DNA of 64,000 nt from Phoronis australis. Its lineage: Eukaryota > Animalia > Phoronida. The notes below the pieces were generated by a model. The model did no database searches. It worked only from the letters and a program-made list of their open reading frames with translations, and was not told where the DNA came from. The position numbers and the translations under genes were made by a program. Position 1 is the stretch's first letter, and the number at the start of each line of letters is the position of its first letter. This document shows positions 1 to 30,985 of the stretch, one piece after another. Location: assembly GCA_002633005.1 (NCBI GenBank), contig NMRA01000001.1, positions 3,207,695 through 3,271,694 on the forward strand, given 5' to 3'.

Positions 1-18773
<18,773 letters not shown>

Positions 18774-20195
18774 CACCGAGCGACAAAGGTATGGCCGGCT
18801 CTTACCGACACCTTATCCTAATGTATTATGTCAAAGGTATACCAGGGCGATCATACCTGCGATCGCTCCCAAATTCTCAATAATTGCCAATCACATGTTC
18901 ACGGATCCTCACCGTGGCCGCAGCAGATTCACTATAATAACTAGATCACTGTCAGAATTCAATGATCTTATACAAATATTGCCATCTGTGTTAAGCTTAG
19001 TAATCTTATCGCATCAATGCGCAGACTCGACCCTAACAAATGGGTAACAGCGCTTAGCGACCACGAACCTATTGAATAAGTAAGTTCGCTCCTGTCCTAC
19101 GATACAAAAGCTCGTTAAAGATCTAATCGCTTGGCGTGCCACAATCGATGACATTTTGTCGACTGGATAAAGTAATAATTAAGTGGCATATTTGTTACAA
19201 TTTGGCGTCAAATTCCTTGGGAACAGGCGTTGTATTGTGTTGTCGTATATGTTTTACTGACAATGATCGGATGTCATGAAGGATGGTCTAATGCCGGAAT
19301 TTTATTCCACGATCGCGACTTCACAGACAACTATGATATAACAAATTGAGTCTGAACAGCGTCACTTTATCACTGAGCAAAGTTCTCAAAAATTATTCAT
19401 TCCAAACACTAATTTTAGACTCGAGATACACATCGAAAGTTATTACAAAAGTAGGGAGATGTAGCAAATTACAATGTAGTATTTGCGGTTTCTATTACAA
19501 TTTGAAGTTCAGTAGCATTCACTTTAGTCGATCATTTTGTTGGAGCACCCTGCAATGCAAAATTGGACTTAATTTTCTATTAAATTCTGCATGTTTAGAA
19601 AACATTGAAGTCGTATTTAAACAATATGTATTGACTTATTTGGTTTGCATTAGTGCTTTTTTGTTTTTTGAAACCAAAGTGACAGCGGCCAGAGTATCTC
19701 ACTGGCAGAGTACGGATGGCAGGAAAGAAATTTCCTTTACCAATGGACCGGGGACGATAACGTCGCTCATCCTAGGCCTACAATACTTTTGATATGCCGA
19801 ACAAATGGTACGGTTTTACCCATTCACCAAAAGCGCAATAATAAATTGTTCACTGGCGTGTGAACAATGAAACAAAACGAGTGCAAAAATGAGATTCCCA
19901 GCAGCACCTAGAATGCCGAATTTTGCGTCGTGACGCACTGGCATTTTTCACGAACAGGAAAAACGTCAAACCGGGGCACTGGCTAGCGCTGGAGCGAGTG
20001 AGTAAGTCAGTTGTGGTGGATCTCAGTGTAAGCCATGGACCGTGGATAGAATTTCTTCAAAACACCACGCACAAATCGGCTCGTATCCTGACCACCATGG
20101 TGACAACGTCATTCAGTCCCGATGCAGTCACTACTGACGCAAAAACAGATAACCAGTACACAACTGGGCATAGGCCTATAGAGGGTGGAAAGCAA

Positions 20196-20680
20196 CTTTC
20201 ACCACATACTCCAAAAACTCTTACCACGTACACAAAGCTTTGCTGATGCATGCGCGCACCTGGGGGGGGGGGCTAAGAGGCTCGAACGAGCCCTCCCATT
20301 TGGCGAAGTGGGCAAAAAGGTCCGTCCGGCCGTGAGATACAAAAAGTCCGAGAAAATGTGACAAAAGTCCACTAAACAAGCACAAACGCGCAATTCACAG
20401 TGGTGTGCCCCCCCTTTTTATTTTTAGTCCGCCGGCTACTTTTTTACTAAAAGGTCCAAAACTTTAGGAATTCGAGCCCCCTTATATTGAAGGCTGGGCT
20501 ACCTGGGTGCGCGCCAACCACACTGGCAAGCTCTCTTGACTAGTTAGAGTGACCCCTGAGTGTCACACACTCACCACTAAACGCTATGCCGGGAAAGAAT
20601 GCCTAGATGCGCTTGGATTTCAAGTTCTGGGGCAGGGATATTTTATGTATGGTAAAAGTTTTTGAGGTGTGTGGTAAGGG
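20196..20680. mobile_element. TIR element with about 42-bp imperfect inverted repeats
   Basis: ctttcaccacatactccaaaaactcttaccacgtacacaaa (20196-20237) matches the reverse complement of ttttatgtatggtaaaagtttttgaggtgtgtggtaaggg (20641-20680). Confidence 0.55.
20249..20517. mobile_element. hAT-type MITE nested in the preceding element
   Basis: Termini are CATGCGCGCACCTGG and CTGGGTGCGCGCCAA. A poly-G tract after the left end and GAGCCCCC motifs are typical of these MITEs. Confidence 0.55.
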
Positions 20681-20783
20681 TGTACGCCCGTAGTAAGCGT
20701 TGGCTCCGATTTCTATCCTTATACCGAAAATTACGAAAATGTGTCAGCCACTAGGATCGCTACTGTGTAGAGTTGGAGCAAAA

Positions 20784-23700
20784 ATGGCAGACGATGTACT
20801 TCCGGATTATCTGCTGAGTTTATTGACAACATTATTTTGTTTGATAATAATGGCATATGCTGTTTATAAGTGAGTAAAAGTGTACCGATAGATATAAAAA
20901 TTATGTAGCGGCTAGATATGATACGATAATAACCTTGTAATGTCAAAATTCATGGCTTTTGCTGCCCTGCATTGTGAAGTCCGCCAGGCGCGTGTACACT
21001 GAGTAGTGGCTCTAGTAGTAGTGCTCTATCTCAACTAAGCAACACGTAGCCCCTCGGTTGGCCAATTAGGGGCTACAATACTTCCCATCGCTCTCTGTAC
21101 CCTTTTTGTCCCATGTATTTTAAACGGGCGGTAGGACAAATCCAGCCACCGATTTTGAGTTTTCACCTCGTCGTGACATTGTACACTCAAAACACTATCA
21201 CTTAAAAATGAGCTTACTTTCTTCAGTGATCCTTTCTGCTTCTACACATATCTTCGATGAAGCATATCTACTAGAATTAAGGTGACTTTGGAGAAGAATT
21301 CCAACTCCACTTTTTGGTCACGTGAGTTAAGCAAAATGCTAGTGCAAGACTTAGCGAAGCGCGTGACACTAGTGCGTGACACTTGCAAAATAGCATGAGA
21401 AGGTATCAGGTGAAATTTGTAAAAGATTTGTGTCTCTCGACTTTTTCTTTATCAACATGCGTGATTTCACGTAACTTCCTCAAAATGGCACCCGTTAAGA
21501 GATACTCGAGCAAACCGCGACAGATTTTCATCAGTTTGTTCAAATTATCTTGACTGAATCGATTCCAGACTTATGGTTTGAGTTGCTTATAACTCCATGT
21601 GCATATGCATGTTTCATTTGATTTTATTTCCTGTTGAAATGAGCAACGTTTTGTGGGGATGTTACTATCGCCCCTGTATGTCTGCGGCATCCAGGGCGAT
21701 GTAATTGCCTATATATCTCAACAGCAGCAGAGACGGTGGCCATGCCCATAGGCCCTTCATATGCTGGAAGCTGTTCGGCAAAATATGACTAACACCGATT
21801 AAACCATCAAAGTCACATTGCTATAAGTACCTTTTGCAGGCAGAGGACACCGTAGGCGTAGGAGGCCATTGATGTCGACTTTAATTCCTTTAATTTTAAA
21901 CTTGAACAAATACTCCCATTTTTACACTGCTCGTGCCAGGGGATATGGCGCCATGTCTCCTGACGTGAGCAGTGCAAAAATGGTCAGTTACCAATTTGGG
22001 GGCGACTGAACAAAGAAATAACGAAAACCAGTTTGACTACAAGTGTATTTGTTTGAGTTGGAAGGAATTAAAGACATTGACGGCCTCCTAAGGTAGCCCT
22101 CGAGCTGTGCACAAAAGGTACTAGCAATGTGACGTCAATTGATTAATCAGTGTGAGGCATCATTCACCGAATACCATTTGACGTATAGATGGCCTATGGA
22201 ATGGCCACCGTCTCTACTGTTAGTTGAGACGGTGCAGGCGCTTTCTAACAGGCGTGATCGGTCAGGTGGTCAGAAGCCAGTGCTAATTGCACGACTTCCG
22301 TGTATTGTCTGTACCATGAATGGCTGTTTTCAAAGAAATTTGAAATCACAGTTGCTTCAAAACAACCTGGATTATAACTCAATTATCTTCTTTTCTTTTC
22401 ACTTTTCCATCACAAAAATTCGCAGTCACAAATTTAAAAAAGGCCACTTCCAAAAAACAACTCTCACCTGTTTTCACTTCCGCCAGGTGAGACCCTCAAA
22501 AACCAGCTACTCTTGTTTGTAAATGGCATACAAGTAAAAACTAGGTCACGTGTCTAAGTGTGATCATCATGACGTTGACGACTGTGACCAGGTGACGGAG
22601 ATTGATGTTTGCGCTGAGTCCTCAACTCATCTTAACGTGATTCTCTAATCAGGCAGCGCCGGATTAAATAGTTTTTAACAAGCCATCAACAGTGCACTGG
22701 TCAGGGAAGGTATTCAACAGGTACTGAAAATATAGAACACTGTTAACATGTTAACTTACTATGCAGCCGGATTCGAGCTCGTTGGCTAAATCATTACCTG
22801 TCATAACATTATTCGTTTCTGTTTCAGTTCCAGGGGCTTGAATGAATAGTTATACATATTATTGATAACCAGTTTTAAGAGAAGGTCGAAGCTTTTTCAG
22901 TTAAGTTCGCAAAATAATAATAATAATTATAAGTATAATACTAATAATTATAATAATAATTATAATACTAATAATATTTAATGATGATTATGATTATTAT
23001 TATTACGTTCACAAAGTGGTTAGGAGTTTTTCAGGATTATTGATGTGTGGCATTCTTACAGTGCTTTCAAATGCATTGTGTGTTACAAACGGCAATATTG
23101 ATGAGATATAGTCCATTAGAAACTTGGCCAGTTTCGTGGCACGTTGTACTTCATTAACCGATTTGTACAAGCCCTGCTGTCATCAAGAGGCCTGTTGATG
23201 ATCTGAGGCTCTTGTTACATGAAGTATTGCCATTCCTGTATTAATAATGGCTTCAATCTTATGTAGAGACATTGAACTGAACTCTCTGTGAATCATCAGT
23301 TCTTAGGGGCACATTATTATAATTTTTTATGCGTGTATTGATTTTTTGGAAAATCATTGACCCTAAGGCGGTATTATTGAGTAGGAAGTATAATGTTTCA
23401 TATTTACTTGAAATTAAATTTGCCCGTTGTATTGTGTGCTGTGTGTGTATTTCATCATTATATTGGTGCCTGATTGACATATGTCAAAATTTCAATGATC
23501 TATTTGTGATTTTCAGATTTGACATCAATTCCATCTTGGGAAATATCCAGTATGAGCCCGGAGGAGACACGCCTTTACCTGTGATGGACTTGCTTAGGCC
23601 AGCCCAGCATATGGTTGATGTGTGCAACCCATTTACTTTGAAACTCAGCCAGTTTCGCTCCTCAAGCTTCAAAGGTTTGCGTCTCAGTCAGAGGATGGGT

Positions 23701-26700
23701 GTGCTCTTTGTCACAATGTTTTCTGAGGATGGGTGTTCTCTTTGTCACAATGTTTGTTGAGGATGGGTGTTCTCTTTGTCACAATGTTTGTTGAGGATGG
23801 GTGTTCTCTTTGTCACAATGTTTTCTGAGGATGGGTGTTCTCTTTGTCACAATGTTTGCCGAGGATAGGTGTTCTCTTTGTCACAATGTTTGCTGAATTG
23901 AAAAAATAGATCTCACAACTTTTTTGTCATTACTTGAGACAATGTCACGTCATTAGGCTCTCAGCTAAAGACACCATGGGCAAGTATTGAAATTTCATTT
24001 ATTATTCAAAAAGTCACTGTAGTTTGTCTGTGCAGATAAATCACTAAACATCATTGAGCTTGAGATCATATGTTAGTGGCGGATTTAGAGGGGGTCCGAA
24101 GGGGCCATGGCCCACCCCCCTAAAATTCTCCCAGATTCCATTTGGCAGTTCGGGGATGCGAATGTCTGACAGGCCAAATCCTGGCTAATACTCTGCCCGC
24201 CCCCCCCCCAACTCAAAATCCTGGATCCACCCCTGCCTGTGATACGCGAAACGTAACAAAAGAATTTGACTTAAGAGTTTCATGACTAATTTGTTGAATA
24301 TTTCTTTACATGCTGAAATATTTATAAATCTGTTGGAACTAGAAATGAATGATACTCTCTGTTCTCCACCAAGTTGCTGATGATCAAGTGCAGGGAATCT
24401 TCTTGTTGTTTTCAGATGGTGTTTATTGTATAATGTCATCATTAGTCAACTCGAGTGTTCAGTGTTACTGGTCTGTGGACATTCAACACTTCTATAGACA
24501 GTTAAGGATGGAAGCGTCTGAATTTAACCGCATGGTTGAAGCAGCGGAACTGTACCAAGACTGTGCTATGGTGGGAGGAAAATATCCTATGTATGGACTG
24601 TGTAAATCAGTGAAAGTGTGACAATAGGTATGATGGTCAACTGCTTAGAGCTCCATAACTGGAACAAATGCTGATAGACCCCCAAATGTATGGCCATCGA
24701 GGGCATGTTCAGAGCAATTGCCAAAAGATATAGGTTGACAAGTCTACTAAAGTAGCAGTTAAATTTTTTATGGTTTGTAGGTATTCCCAAAATGAATGGA
24801 GAGTGTCGAACAAAAGCAAGACTTTTCAAGAAACATGACATACTGTAAAATCTCTCTAATTTCGGATAAAAATAATTGCCAATATGACCCCTTTTCCATG
24901 TTTCAAGGTCTTCTAGCATAGTTGCAAATAACAATTAGTTCTAATGTTTTCTGATGGTAGATGTGGTGCTGAATTAATTTGATGCTACATAGTACACTGG
25001 ACCGTTATGTTGTGTAATAAATTAATGAGATTTTGCCATGGTTCATTTCAGCAAGTTTTGGCTTACCTACAAAATAAGCTGATCTAACGTTACCATTAGT
25101 ACCCATTAACACAGTGGTCGATGCTTTTAGCACATTTTCCATCTATAGGTCGCTTGTTTTTGAGAGTACGTCTGGCTATGTTTGCATTACAGAAAAATGT
25201 AAAAATATAAGAAAATTCCTGGTATCGCCTAGTAACTGAATGGCAGTGTGAAATTTACTGCAGTCTTGGTTGATGGACATACTTTACAAAACTTTTCTTC
25301 AGTAAAGTAACTGAAAATGCGTGCAATAATTAAACTTGCATGTGTGTGCAGCCATTAGTCTGAGGGATATTATCATTTGTAGATCTTAATTATCGAGGCA
25401 TATTATGTTTAAGACTATGTATATAACAAAAGGTACACAAATTTTGTAAAATACAAGATACATCATGGTAATACAAATATGTAGGTATCTTTTTTCGGTA
25501 ACAGCTTTAGCATTGTTTCACAAAAGTGCGTTTTGATCCTTAACTTTAAGTATCTATTCTAAATGCAAAGATAAAGAGGTTCGATTTAAAGTGCCTGATT
25601 CCAACCCTGAAGTCTACAGGGAAGGGCTTGGCTTCCTGCCCCGCTCTAGATATCCCTTGGTGGTAGTGCAGTACACTGACTCAGATGACGGTGATGATAA
25701 TGGTGACTCGGAAGATGAATTTGGCCAGGATGTGCCTCGTGCGGTAACTGATTTCATTGTATTGCTTTGTATTACTTTTTAATTTCAGGATGCTATTTTT
25801 ACTAAGCATAGTTTGCCATTGAAGACTTATTTATTTATAAGGAAGCTTGCTATAAAATGAGGGTTAATATTGCGCTTGCTACAATTAGCACCATCCATTG
25901 AACATTCTAACTTGCTTATTAAACTTTACATTGTTAAGAGTTTAGCATACAAGTGTATGTTCCACAAACACACAATTTTTCAAGCTTATTATGAATTTTT
26001 ACGTTCTTTTCAAGTCATCGAGTGTGTTTTGAACATAAACTTTCTTTTGTTGTCCTTGCACCACAATGATATTGTACTGTTAAAATTGGTGCTAATTCTA
26101 GAAATTTGGAGACTAAACTATTTATTATATTTCTGAAAATTGAGAATCGTGTTCAAATTTTTGAGAAATGCACAATGAAGATGTTGTAGCAACTTACTCA
26201 GTAAATTTCATGCATTAAAAAATGCTTTATACTAAATTAAATTAAATTCATTGGTCTCCTAAAAAGGCCTAGTTTCGTAACTCTGAAACAATAAACTGCA
26301 ATATTAGTTACAGAGAGTTGTAAATTGTGTTCAAATTGCTGGATCAAAATCCTTTTAGTAGGCCACTGCATCAAATAAAATTTGTAAATTTCATCTTATC
26401 GGATAATTTTCAGTATTAAACATAAACTGAGGAAATCATTATCTTGATGTTAGGAATTTTCACCACAGCCATCAGCATGAAAATCGCATTGTTTTAGTTC
26501 TCTGTTAATTTTTTTGAAGATAAGCGATTATTCAAATTATCTGGAATGTAAATCACTAAGTGTTGTTGTGACCAGCCTGTTGTTCTTGTGTTATGTCCAA
26601 ACTTTGCATGTGACATCTTTTTTCTTCCATCAAGCTCGCTCTGGTTACTGTGATTCATGTTGCGGACGAATTAGGCCGAGCCGACAGTCATGTGATAGCA

Positions 26701-28663
26701 CAATTCCTCAAACTCTCACAAAGTCAGGTAGTTACCCTCAAAGTAAGTATGACGTGATGTACTTTGACACCAGCGCCCAGTTGCATGAAATAGTCTCAGA
26801 TAGGGGCTCAACTAAGTTCCCTTAATCTTTTGGGTATTAGTTTTGTTCTTTACTCACAGATGTGCTATCATTTTATCTTTATTATGAGCTCCTCTTTGAC
26901 TAATGACATTTTCTAATGATGTAACTGAAAACTGAGCCCTTAATGCAGTAGAAAAATAAGTAGGGACTTAGTCCTTAAATTAGGGGCGTTGCACGAAAAC
27001 GATTCCTACTTTTAATAATATTGAGAATTCAATGTGAAGTTCGCTCTCGATGTGTATCAGAGCCAAAAGTTGACTTAGTAATGCAAGTCAAACAGCATAC
27101 GACAAGACAATCAATTTTACTTGCTCACAAATTCACAGTAGATTTAGGGAACTTAGTTGAGTTCCCATTTGGGACTGTTTCATGCAACCGTGCACAGATT
27201 CCCTGTTCTTCTTCTTTGTACACTGGTGCTCAGATATGTGTGATTCATCAAATGCCATTTGAAGTAAAAATAATACTAACATTTATTCAGATAACAAATA
27301 GTTTGAAAGCTTGATACAGAGTCGCTTGTATTGTCGAAACAATCTAATTTCTTCAGGTGAGTACCGCAATCCGGCTCAAGCTGGCTCTATTTCGAAATAT
27401 GCCTAGTGTTTTTGTTTGTTTATTATGTCTCGGTGTTATGCTACATAGCTGCACACCTGAAGAAAGGAGATTGTTTCGACGCTACGAGCAACTCTGTATC
27501 AAGCTTTCAAACAGAAAGTTTAGTTGTGTTTTCAACGAAGTTTGAATTAGCAAGGATTGAATGTCTTCTGGCATTAGTGAAGAAAGTTTCGCGTAAAGGC
27601 AATGGGAAAAGAGAAGAGGTGAAAGTTAATAGCCCCGTTAACTGAATGCAGCCCGTGTTATTTCCAAACGTAAAATCTCGCTAATTTCGGACAGATGTAA
27701 TCACCAAGACTGACGTTTTCATTTTCAAAGTTTTCTAACTTAGTGAATGCCCACAATTTTTCTTAACGTTGTGTGATGGTAGTTAGGTGTAGAATTTGAA
27801 CATGGTAAAGCATGCTACTGAAAGCATGAGTCAATGTTGATGTTGTCTTACGTGGGCGAGATTATTATCCTACTAGCTGCCAATTACATTTTTAAAGTAC
27901 AGAAACGATTCTGTGTAATTAAATTTTATTGACAAAATAATACATGCTTGAGGTCAGAATTAATGTTTCATAATTAAGTGGTACTCGAGTATGGTCAGAA
28001 TTTTCTGATTGTATTTTCTTGCTTGAGTGTTTTTCTCAGGGCTTGGAATGACCAACAACAACAAAGATGAAAATTTTTTAGGTTTTATATTGTTCCACTA
28101 ATAAATAGGCTTGAGTGAAAGAAATATTTTTTGTGTTGTACAATTTAACTGATCGGATTAAACGTTTCTGAATGAATAAAGTCAAATAATGATAAAAAAA
28201 GAAGAAAAAAGAGGAAACAGGATATCAAATAAGAGGTAATCGCAACCAAAAAAGAGGAAATCCTCTTAAGAGAGGAAAATTCCAAGTCTCTTTTTCTGTT
28301 TATTGTGTAAATAATTAAGCTGGTAACAAGTCAATTTTGATCACGATAACTTGACATTCTCATTTCTTCCAGCAACTGTATGTGGCGAACAATGACAGCA
28401 ATACCCAGAATTCATCTGAACAGAGCCCCGGACTGTGTATTGTTTGCCAAGTGTCAGAAATATCACGTGTCAGCATCCCATGTAGACACGCCAGCCTGTG
28501 TGGCGAGTGCTTTAGGAAGGTGGACTCGTGCCCCATGTGCCGGGCAGCTATTGAATCTTATTTTGTACTACAACAGAGCCAGAATAGTGACTTGTCAGAA
28601 GTGGGCGACACCTGGTGGGAGCGGTTGAATAACAGAATGAACAGACTGTTTGGATTTAGGTAG
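20784..28663 (+). CDS. CGRRF1: Cell growth regulator with RING finger domain protein 1 (N-terminal TM anchor, C-terminal C3HC4 RING)
   Basis: Exons: 20784-20869 (MADDVLPDYLLSLLTTLFCLIIMAYAVYK, TM); 23517-23674 (..MVDVCNPFTL..); 24416 to 24581 or 24590 (..CYWSVDIQHFY..); 25551 or 25554 to 25743 (LGFLPRSRYPLVV); 26635-26742 (LVTVIHVAD..LK); 28373-28663 (QLYVAN..CIVCQ..IPCRHASLCGECF..CPMCR). All phases are compatible. The motifs NPF, CYW, PRSRYPLV, VIH and LKQL plus the RING are diagnostic. Confidence 0.92.
21716..22229. mobile_element. Foldback / long-TIR element of about 510 bp in CGRRF1 intron 1
   Basis: Nested inverted arms: 21716-21755 vs 22190-22229, and 21811-21915 vs 22042-22136, plus a central 68-bp palindrome at 21916-21983. 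Confidence 0.75.
22913..23004. repeat. Imperfect (AAT)n/(ATT)n microsatellite
   Basis: aataataataataattat...tattattattac. Confidence 0.8.
23691..23896 (+). repeat. Minisatellite, 6 x 34 bp
   Basis: Unit GAGGATGGGTGTTCTCTTTGTCACAATGTTTKYT starts at 23691, 23725, 23759, 23793, 23827 and 23861. Confidence 0.95.
24074..24235. mobile_element. hAT-type MITE
   Basis: TIRs TAGTGGCGGATTTAG and CTGGATCCACCCCTG with internal G/C homopolymer tracts. No clear TSD. Confidence 0.65.
26774..27194. mobile_element. PIF/Harbinger-type MITE
   Basis: Imperfect TIRs of about 55 bp (CGCCCAGTTGCATGAAATAGTC..CTCAACTAAGTTCCCT and AGGGAACTTAGTTGAG..GACTGTTTCATGCAACCGTGCA), flanked by CAG on both sides (26771-26773 and 27195-27197), consistent with a 3-bp TSD. 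Confidence 0.7.
27301..27550 (+). mobile_element. Probable Penelope-like retroelement relic with an inverted duplication
   Basis: A 59-bp inverted repeat (27301-27359 vs 27454-27512, 53/59 identical). The peptide PEERRLFRRYEQLCIKLSNRKFSCVFNEV* resembles the N-terminus of PLE ORFs. The family call is from motif memory only. Confidence 0.45.
28037..28291 (+). mobile_element. hAT-like MITE family, copy 1 of 3
   Basis: Ends CAGGGCTTGGAAT and ATTCCAAGTCT with internal AAAGAGGAAA subrepeats; homologous to 38378-38629 and 48712-48941. Confidence 0.75.
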
Positions 28664-28756
28664 TACACATCGATATGTTTGCGAGTAACCAAAACGAATT
28701 TGTCGCAATGATTTATATTGTTATCCGTATTGAATACTTGCAGCTGGAAGTAATTC

Positions 28757-28762
28757 AATAAA
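28757..28762 (+). other. Candidate polyadenylation signal for CGRRF1
   Basis: AATAAA 94 nt after the stop; a second one lies near 28879. Confidence 0.35.
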
Positions 28763-30985
28763 TTGTTTTCATACATCCTTCCTGGTAAAAAATGGTGCAA
28801 CATTATATATTGTGAACGATGAACTACTTTAATTCATGAAGTGAAAGTTAATTGAAAACTACACAAGGTGTCACCGTGAATAAACTATTACATCTAAATG
28901 CGTGAAAGTTCGACTTAGAAATCAAAAGGAGTGTGAAACGAGATAAAAATTCACTGCACACAAAGTTCAATTCTGATCCTATGGGACTATTATAATATAT
29001 ATGCATAAAAGCCCAGGATTCTGTTGGGACCCCCTTTTTCACAAAATGACTTGCATATTCAGATCCCAAGACTGCATTTCGTAATTCACCACTGAGCAAA
29101 CTCGAAAAACGTTTGACAGTTTGCCATAACTCAATTTTCAGTTTCTACTGAGTGTTTTTGAATTTAGAAACAAAAAACACAAGGCACAGAAATGTTTCAA
29201 TATTTATTAGCTATTAATAACAAGCCTGATAAGTGAAAGTGTGTCACTGGTGAAAACCTTACAACACCGAGGGGTATCACAAATTTTCAAGGTATGTGTT
29301 CAGTTGTCAACGTTATGTTTTACGAGCAGAGAAACGGACATGCAGGTCTCCACTTGTGCACACTTGGTTCGATTCGTCATGCTGAATATGGCTTCGACCA
29401 AAAGGGTTGACACTATAGCTGGCAACTCATTAAGAATAACAGAATCTGAGCTAATAAAGTACTTCATGACAAGATGGCAAAGAATGTAAATATAATCTAT
29501 AGCGGTATATGAGTCTAAAAACAATAGCTCTCATAGTGGACGAATTTACTTTTTCCTTGTAAACCTTAGTTCAGCACTTTGGTAATAACAGGAAGGCATT
29601 ACAATGGTGATGTCTTCTTGTTAATATCTGTGTGATAAAAACATTCAAAATATCAACAAGACACTCTAGAAAAATACCTGGGCAACATAGATGGCAGCTC
29701 AGTCTACTAAGCATTAGTCACAAGTTCGCGTAGGTTAGCATAGACTTTATAATTTATGCAACAGACGGTAAGTAAAATGGACGGATATGCTCCAGTACAC
29801 TTAAGGAATATTGTTTACAAGACAGCTCAGGAACTGCTGACGTATGACCTTCCTTGTTGGGCGCCTGTCTCTTCTTTGCCCACACTCTGACTTAGTTTCA
29901 TTGCCAACCGGTTGACCAGGTTTTTGTGAACCATACTGCATAAAACACAATAGCTGTAATATGAGTACTTGTGAAATTTTTCTGCAAGTCAACCCATGAA
30001 TAGGTAGTTCAACCGTACTAAATTATGTAAAATGAACTCGCCAATACACCACCTTGACTGAGACAGTGCTGTTATAGAACACAGAAATCCTTCAAATGCA
30101 TACATACATGTGGGCAGTACATTAACATAACTCAACAGGTACGATTCAACTTAGAAATGTATTCCACAAAGGCAGATGAATTGCCGTATGAGTACTAGAG
30201 TGGCCAATTAAAGCTAGAGCACACAATACTAAATCATAAAAACAAACACTAACATGGAGAGTATGGCAATGCAAAATCAAAAGATGTGTCGCTAAATTAA
30301 TTTGTATAACGGACGGAATAAACTTGACTTAGATAGTACAAGAAAAATAAACCAAACAAAAGCATTCAAATGATAACATGCGGTGTCTATACACAAAATT
30401 CATATTGAGCAGCTTCGCCTTTCAAGGCCTACAGATAAGACGCACTAAAACTGTCCCTGCGCCACACACAGGTCTCCGCATAGCTTGAATTCTCATAAAT
30501 AGACAATTTCCTCAACAGACGTCTTGGCTAAACAGCCTCAAAAATGTGGTATACCCGCTGACACGGTCAACCACATAGGAATACATCTATGTTAACAATG
30601 ATCACAGCGATTTACAATGTCTGAGCACACAATAGATTATAAGATTTACATATAATACAGATTTATTATGTTTGTATTCTGGTACACATATTCACAAGTC
30701 ACTCAAACATAACATACATTCACACATGTTCACCAAAATATATTGTATCTATTTATATCATAAATACATCACCTTTCTCTCTGTAAAAACTAAATGCTCC
30801 AAATTTTTAATAGTACACATTTTATATCATAATACTTCACAATGGACGGCACTTCATCTTTGTTCCCTCAAAGCGTAAAATACACGACTGGCCTATGTGG
30901 GATTTCAAGCAGTCTTCCTTGAAGCATACTACCTCAAGCTCTTCCTTGGGCGGCCCGACACAACACAGCCCTTAAAGTGTTGTTG

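Noticed and set aside
23691-23896. 34-bp repeat array as a CRISPR
   Set aside because: Units are contiguous with no unique spacers, the context is a eukaryotic intron, and there are no cas genes.
27457-27480. Hammerhead ribozyme core (CTGAAGA) in the Penelope-like relic
   Set aside because: No GAAA with pairable stems at the required position; the motif coincides with the codons for PEE.
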